Of a DNA stretch of 64,000 nt, positions 60,505-64,000 are shown one piece after another; the stretch's first letter is position 1, and the number at the start of each line of letters is the position of its first letter. The notes beneath the pieces are model-generated. The model was not told the DNA's origin. It saw only the letters and a list, made by a program, of their open reading frames with translations, and ran no database searches. A program made the translations under genes and the position numbers. Where the stretch lies: positions 132,558,001 through 132,622,000 of the forward strand of contig CM059431.1 of assembly GCA_030390025.1 (NCBI GenBank), given 5' to 3'. Source of the stretch: Squalus acanthias (lineage: Eukaryota).

Positions 60505-63500
60505 GGCCCGATATTAATGCAGAGACAGGCCGATAGTGGGTGACAAATGCACAACATCGTGAGATGCATGGGAATAGCCGATTTCAATGGGGATGCCTCA
60601 TTATCATTTTACTTCTGGGTTTCACGTATCTACTGCGTGCGAGTGGGTATGGTGCATACCCGCATAACGCAATTTCATCTCGACTATTTATAGGCCCAGT
60701 TCACAGATGCAATGGAGGAGGAGGTTTGGACTTTGTTACACTGGTTTGGAATGAGTACATGCACAGATATGGAAGGAAGCTGGGCAAAGGCCGTGTCCAG
60801 ATTTAATGAGGCATTCCTGGATGTACTGCTGGGTACAATAAGGGCCAGAAAGGGGGTCCTGTTTCCCAGCAATGGGAAAAAGAAACCTGCAGCCATCACA
60901 AAGAAGGCATGGCAGGAGGTTTTTCCAAGAAGTAGCAGGAGTGTCATAATGAGGACATGGATCCAGTGCAGGAAGTGTTTTAATAACCTCACCAGGTCAA
61001 CAAAGCTGAGCAAAGTTGCAGATTCACCTGCATTCTGTAATGCACCCCCTCACTCTGTCTTGTCAAGCGTACTCCATTCACATCATTTTTACATCCACTT
61101 AAGTTTCAGCAGCATCCATTGTTCCGTTTCAATGCACATCCTCACCTCCCCCCTTCCTCCATCCACCACGGCCACTCATCCCAATCCGCATGCAATCTAA
61201 CCACCTCAGTTAACTCCCCATGATTCTCAGCACACGTCCTGAAATAACACAGTCAACATGTTTCTCAAATGCAGGTCAATGCCACTCGTGATGCATCTGC
61301 CTGATTGTCACCATCATCAAATGCACTGCATCCAGGTCGTGCCACCCTTGCAGGAAAAGAGAGGGCAAGGACTGGAGGCGGAACCCCACAGATCGTGGAG
61401 CTTAGCAGAGCAGAAGAGGAGGCTTTGGAGATAAGCGGCATCTTTGCCTCCCTCAGCATGAAGATGGCGAGATTGGTAGTGCGTTGCAGCAGGGTGACAC
61501 AATTAATCTCTCAGTTCCACATCTCCTACGAGAAAAAGGAATCTTGAGTTAACTTGCACTTAATCAAATATGATCATCTTAATCATGTGCATTTCAACAT
61601 TTGTACTGTCCAACGACTAAATCATATCCGTCTCTTCTCTCCTCCAGGGGAATCACGTGATGACAAGGAATCCTCAAGAGGAGCTCAATCTTGCTGAGGG
61701 GGTGCACTGTCACAGGACACATGCGTGCCATGCACCAGCCTAGATACGAGCACATCAGTGGGTCCTCTTAGAGAGTTAGTAGGATGTCACCAGATGAATC
61801 GCACTTCACAAGTGACCACAAGCAGACAGTGGTGGTAGGGACAACTGTGGAGAGTCCGCATGGGAGGGCGCAGTCCACTTCAAGCTCTTCTGGATAGAGA
61901 TGCGGAACCCGGAAGGGGGGGGGGGAGGGGGGGGAGGAACGTCATCAATGAAAAGGAGAATGATAGAGGGTCAGCAGCAACTGTACAAGGTACTGGCAGT
62001 CCTGGCAGCACACTCTCCAAATGTCCCAGAGGATGGAGAAGTCCAGCTCAAACATTTGATATCTCAGGCTTTTCCAAAGATACAATCTTCCATTGAGACT
62101 GGCCTCCTCTATGGAAGTTGAATCTCGGCACATTAACGAGTCTCTGCAGGCCCAGACGGCAGCCTTGCAAACGATGAACACCAACACCAACATGTCTACT
62201 GCGTTACACAGGCTAGCAGATAGATTAGACGTGGGCTTCCAAGGTCTCACTGATCTCCTCCAAGCTGCTCTCCCACAGAGAGGCAGGGGTGATGTGCCGC
62301 TGGCCTAAGAGAGGGACATACAAGGGCAAACTCCTCTCAAAGCGTTTGCATGTCTCAACTGTGCCCATCCCTCAACCAGTACTCGACATGCTGCCTCCTC
62401 TCCCGCTGGCCCAGTCTGCCCCTGCACAAGTGCAGGTGGAGCAGTCATTGGCGGATTCCTCACGGGCTCCAATATCCAGAACTCTCTGCTCCGAGCACCT
62501 CAAAAGTCAGAGCAGGGATCAGAGCAGCCTGCCACTACCTCTGCTGAAGCCACAGCAGGGATTGCACCACGTAGAAATGCCAGACAGAGAAAAAGAAAAA
62601 GAAAAAGGAAAAGCTTTATAGTTTACCATGGGTACGCACATGGGTGTTTTTGAATATGTTAATGTGGTTAATTTCTTAAATCAAATTAAATTTATTACTT
62701 TGCACCACTTTCCCGTATTCCCCATTCTTGAACGGCGAGTGTCAACTCTGCTTTTCATCTGTTTGGTGCTGAATGTGAAGACACCAATTGGTGGATGTGA
62801 AACGAGTGGATGGAAGGTTACAGGACTGCTTGTGTAACTGGTTGGGGGGGGGGGGGGGGTGGGGGAGGAGAGTGGCAGTGGATATTATAGTTACTTTGAT
62901 CCAGTGAGAGTGACTAGCTGAACCTTTGCACTATTAGGGCATCTAGAGCAGCAATGTGATCGGCTGGTCTGGCGGTGCACCTCATTTGAATCCTCATCAG
63001 ATGTGGAGTGCCGAGTGGCTCGTTTCTCCTGCACCTCGAGTCCTCAGTGCTGTGCAGAACACAGCACATCCTGGGGACCCTTGCTGGTGAGTACTGAAGA
63101 AAAAAAATGGACTACTCTTGCACGTGATGCAAGTATTCATAGAGCCCCAAACCTGTCCAGGCACCTGAAGTGCAACTTGAGCAGGCCCTCTTAAGAGGCT
63201 ACAGATTTCTGCAACTACACGATGTGACAATCTCAGCCTTCAAAATCACTGCTCCTCCGTCAGGTCAAGGAAGCTGAGCCTTTTCTGTAGACCTCGTTAG
63301 GTGAGTAGTGCCTCCTTCGACCTCGACCCCTCTGTTGCTGCCTTCTCTGATGGCCACCTACAGCTCCCTCAACAGCACGCCATTGCTGCTGTTGATCCTC
63401 ATCTTCTTCCGAAGTCCAATCAAAAGCAGCCATGGCACCACCCATCATGAGCTTCTCCATCTGAACAACTCAAAACTCTCCAAATCACTCTCTCAGACCA

Positions 63501-63860
63501 GATACTCTCACCAAACCATGTCCCAGAGGGAACTTAGAAAGCAGCTGTGAGCACTGAACCTTTATTCAAATTGAGTCTCCTGACCTTTAACCACCCCGAT
63601 AAAGTGCCGCTCAATTTCACCTCGGTTTCAATGCTGAGTTTCCCAAACCCCGGGAAACCCATGCAGCAGCTGTTAATTCCAAATCGGGCTCCCAATCGCG
63701 TTATAAGATTCAATTTTCATATGTTAATGACTGTCCCACCTCTCCACAGCGGGATACTCGGGTGCCCCTATATCCAGGTGCGTGTGCGGTGGGTTAGGGT
63801 CGCGCTACTCGTATTTCACTGTTTAACCCCGACCCTCATCAGAACTGCAAATTCCGGGCC
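60505..63860. mobile_element. PIF/Harbinger element: spliced Myb/SANT remnant (+), internally deleted transposase (-)
   Basis: TIR GGCCCGATATT / AAATTCCGGGCC. Myb/SANT motif KKAWQEV...RTWIQCRKCFNNL, with later exons starting at 61354 and 61648. Transposase N-terminus at ~63150-63435. Confidence 0.8.
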
Positions 63861-64000
63861 TGTAACTGTAAAACCACTTTGTACCAATGCTATAGGTATA
63901 ACGTAAATGCACCTTAGAACGATCTATTGCAAATTAATGGTGAACAACAATTACTTATGAATACTTACATCATGTGCAAGAGTAGTCCATTTTTTTTTAA

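Noticed and set aside
63960..64000. Minus-strand GTAAGT donor as the end of the next TGDS exon
   Set aside because: The adjacent sequence does not translate to the expected ...QLAKELIQL-like peptide in phase 0; that exon must lie beyond the window.

Overview
Eukaryotic (vertebrate) DNA, most likely from a shark or other cartilaginous fish. That assignment is inferred from HE1/V-SINE-like and Deu-domain SINEs and the CR1/L2/Penelope repertoire. The only host gene I can support is TGDS (dTDP-glucose 4,6-dehydratase-like), on the minus strand. Its last three coding exons are at 57789-57847, 46399-46496 and 44028-44128, with canonical GT-AG sites and compatible phases; upstream exons lie beyond base 64000. 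The rest is TGDS intron or downstream intergenic DNA dominated by nested transposons: a full-length Vingi LINE inside an LTR, several CR1 and L2 LINEs, a CR1-group LINE with a tRNA-like head, Penelope-type inserts, a decayed Gypsy element, three two-gene PIF/Harbinger elements plus MITEs, SINEs, and a 5.4-kb 29-bp minisatellite. Four signals stand out. (1) A CPEB3/HDV-like ribozyme fold sits exactly at the Vingi 5' end. (2) A U_UUA_AAC -1 slippery site joins CR1 ORF1 to an ORF2 with no usable AUG. (3) Minimal hammerhead motifs occur in the Penelope inverted repeats. (4) A LINE, an internally deleted LINE and a SINE share head and tail sequences. Family names come from motif recognition, not database searches.
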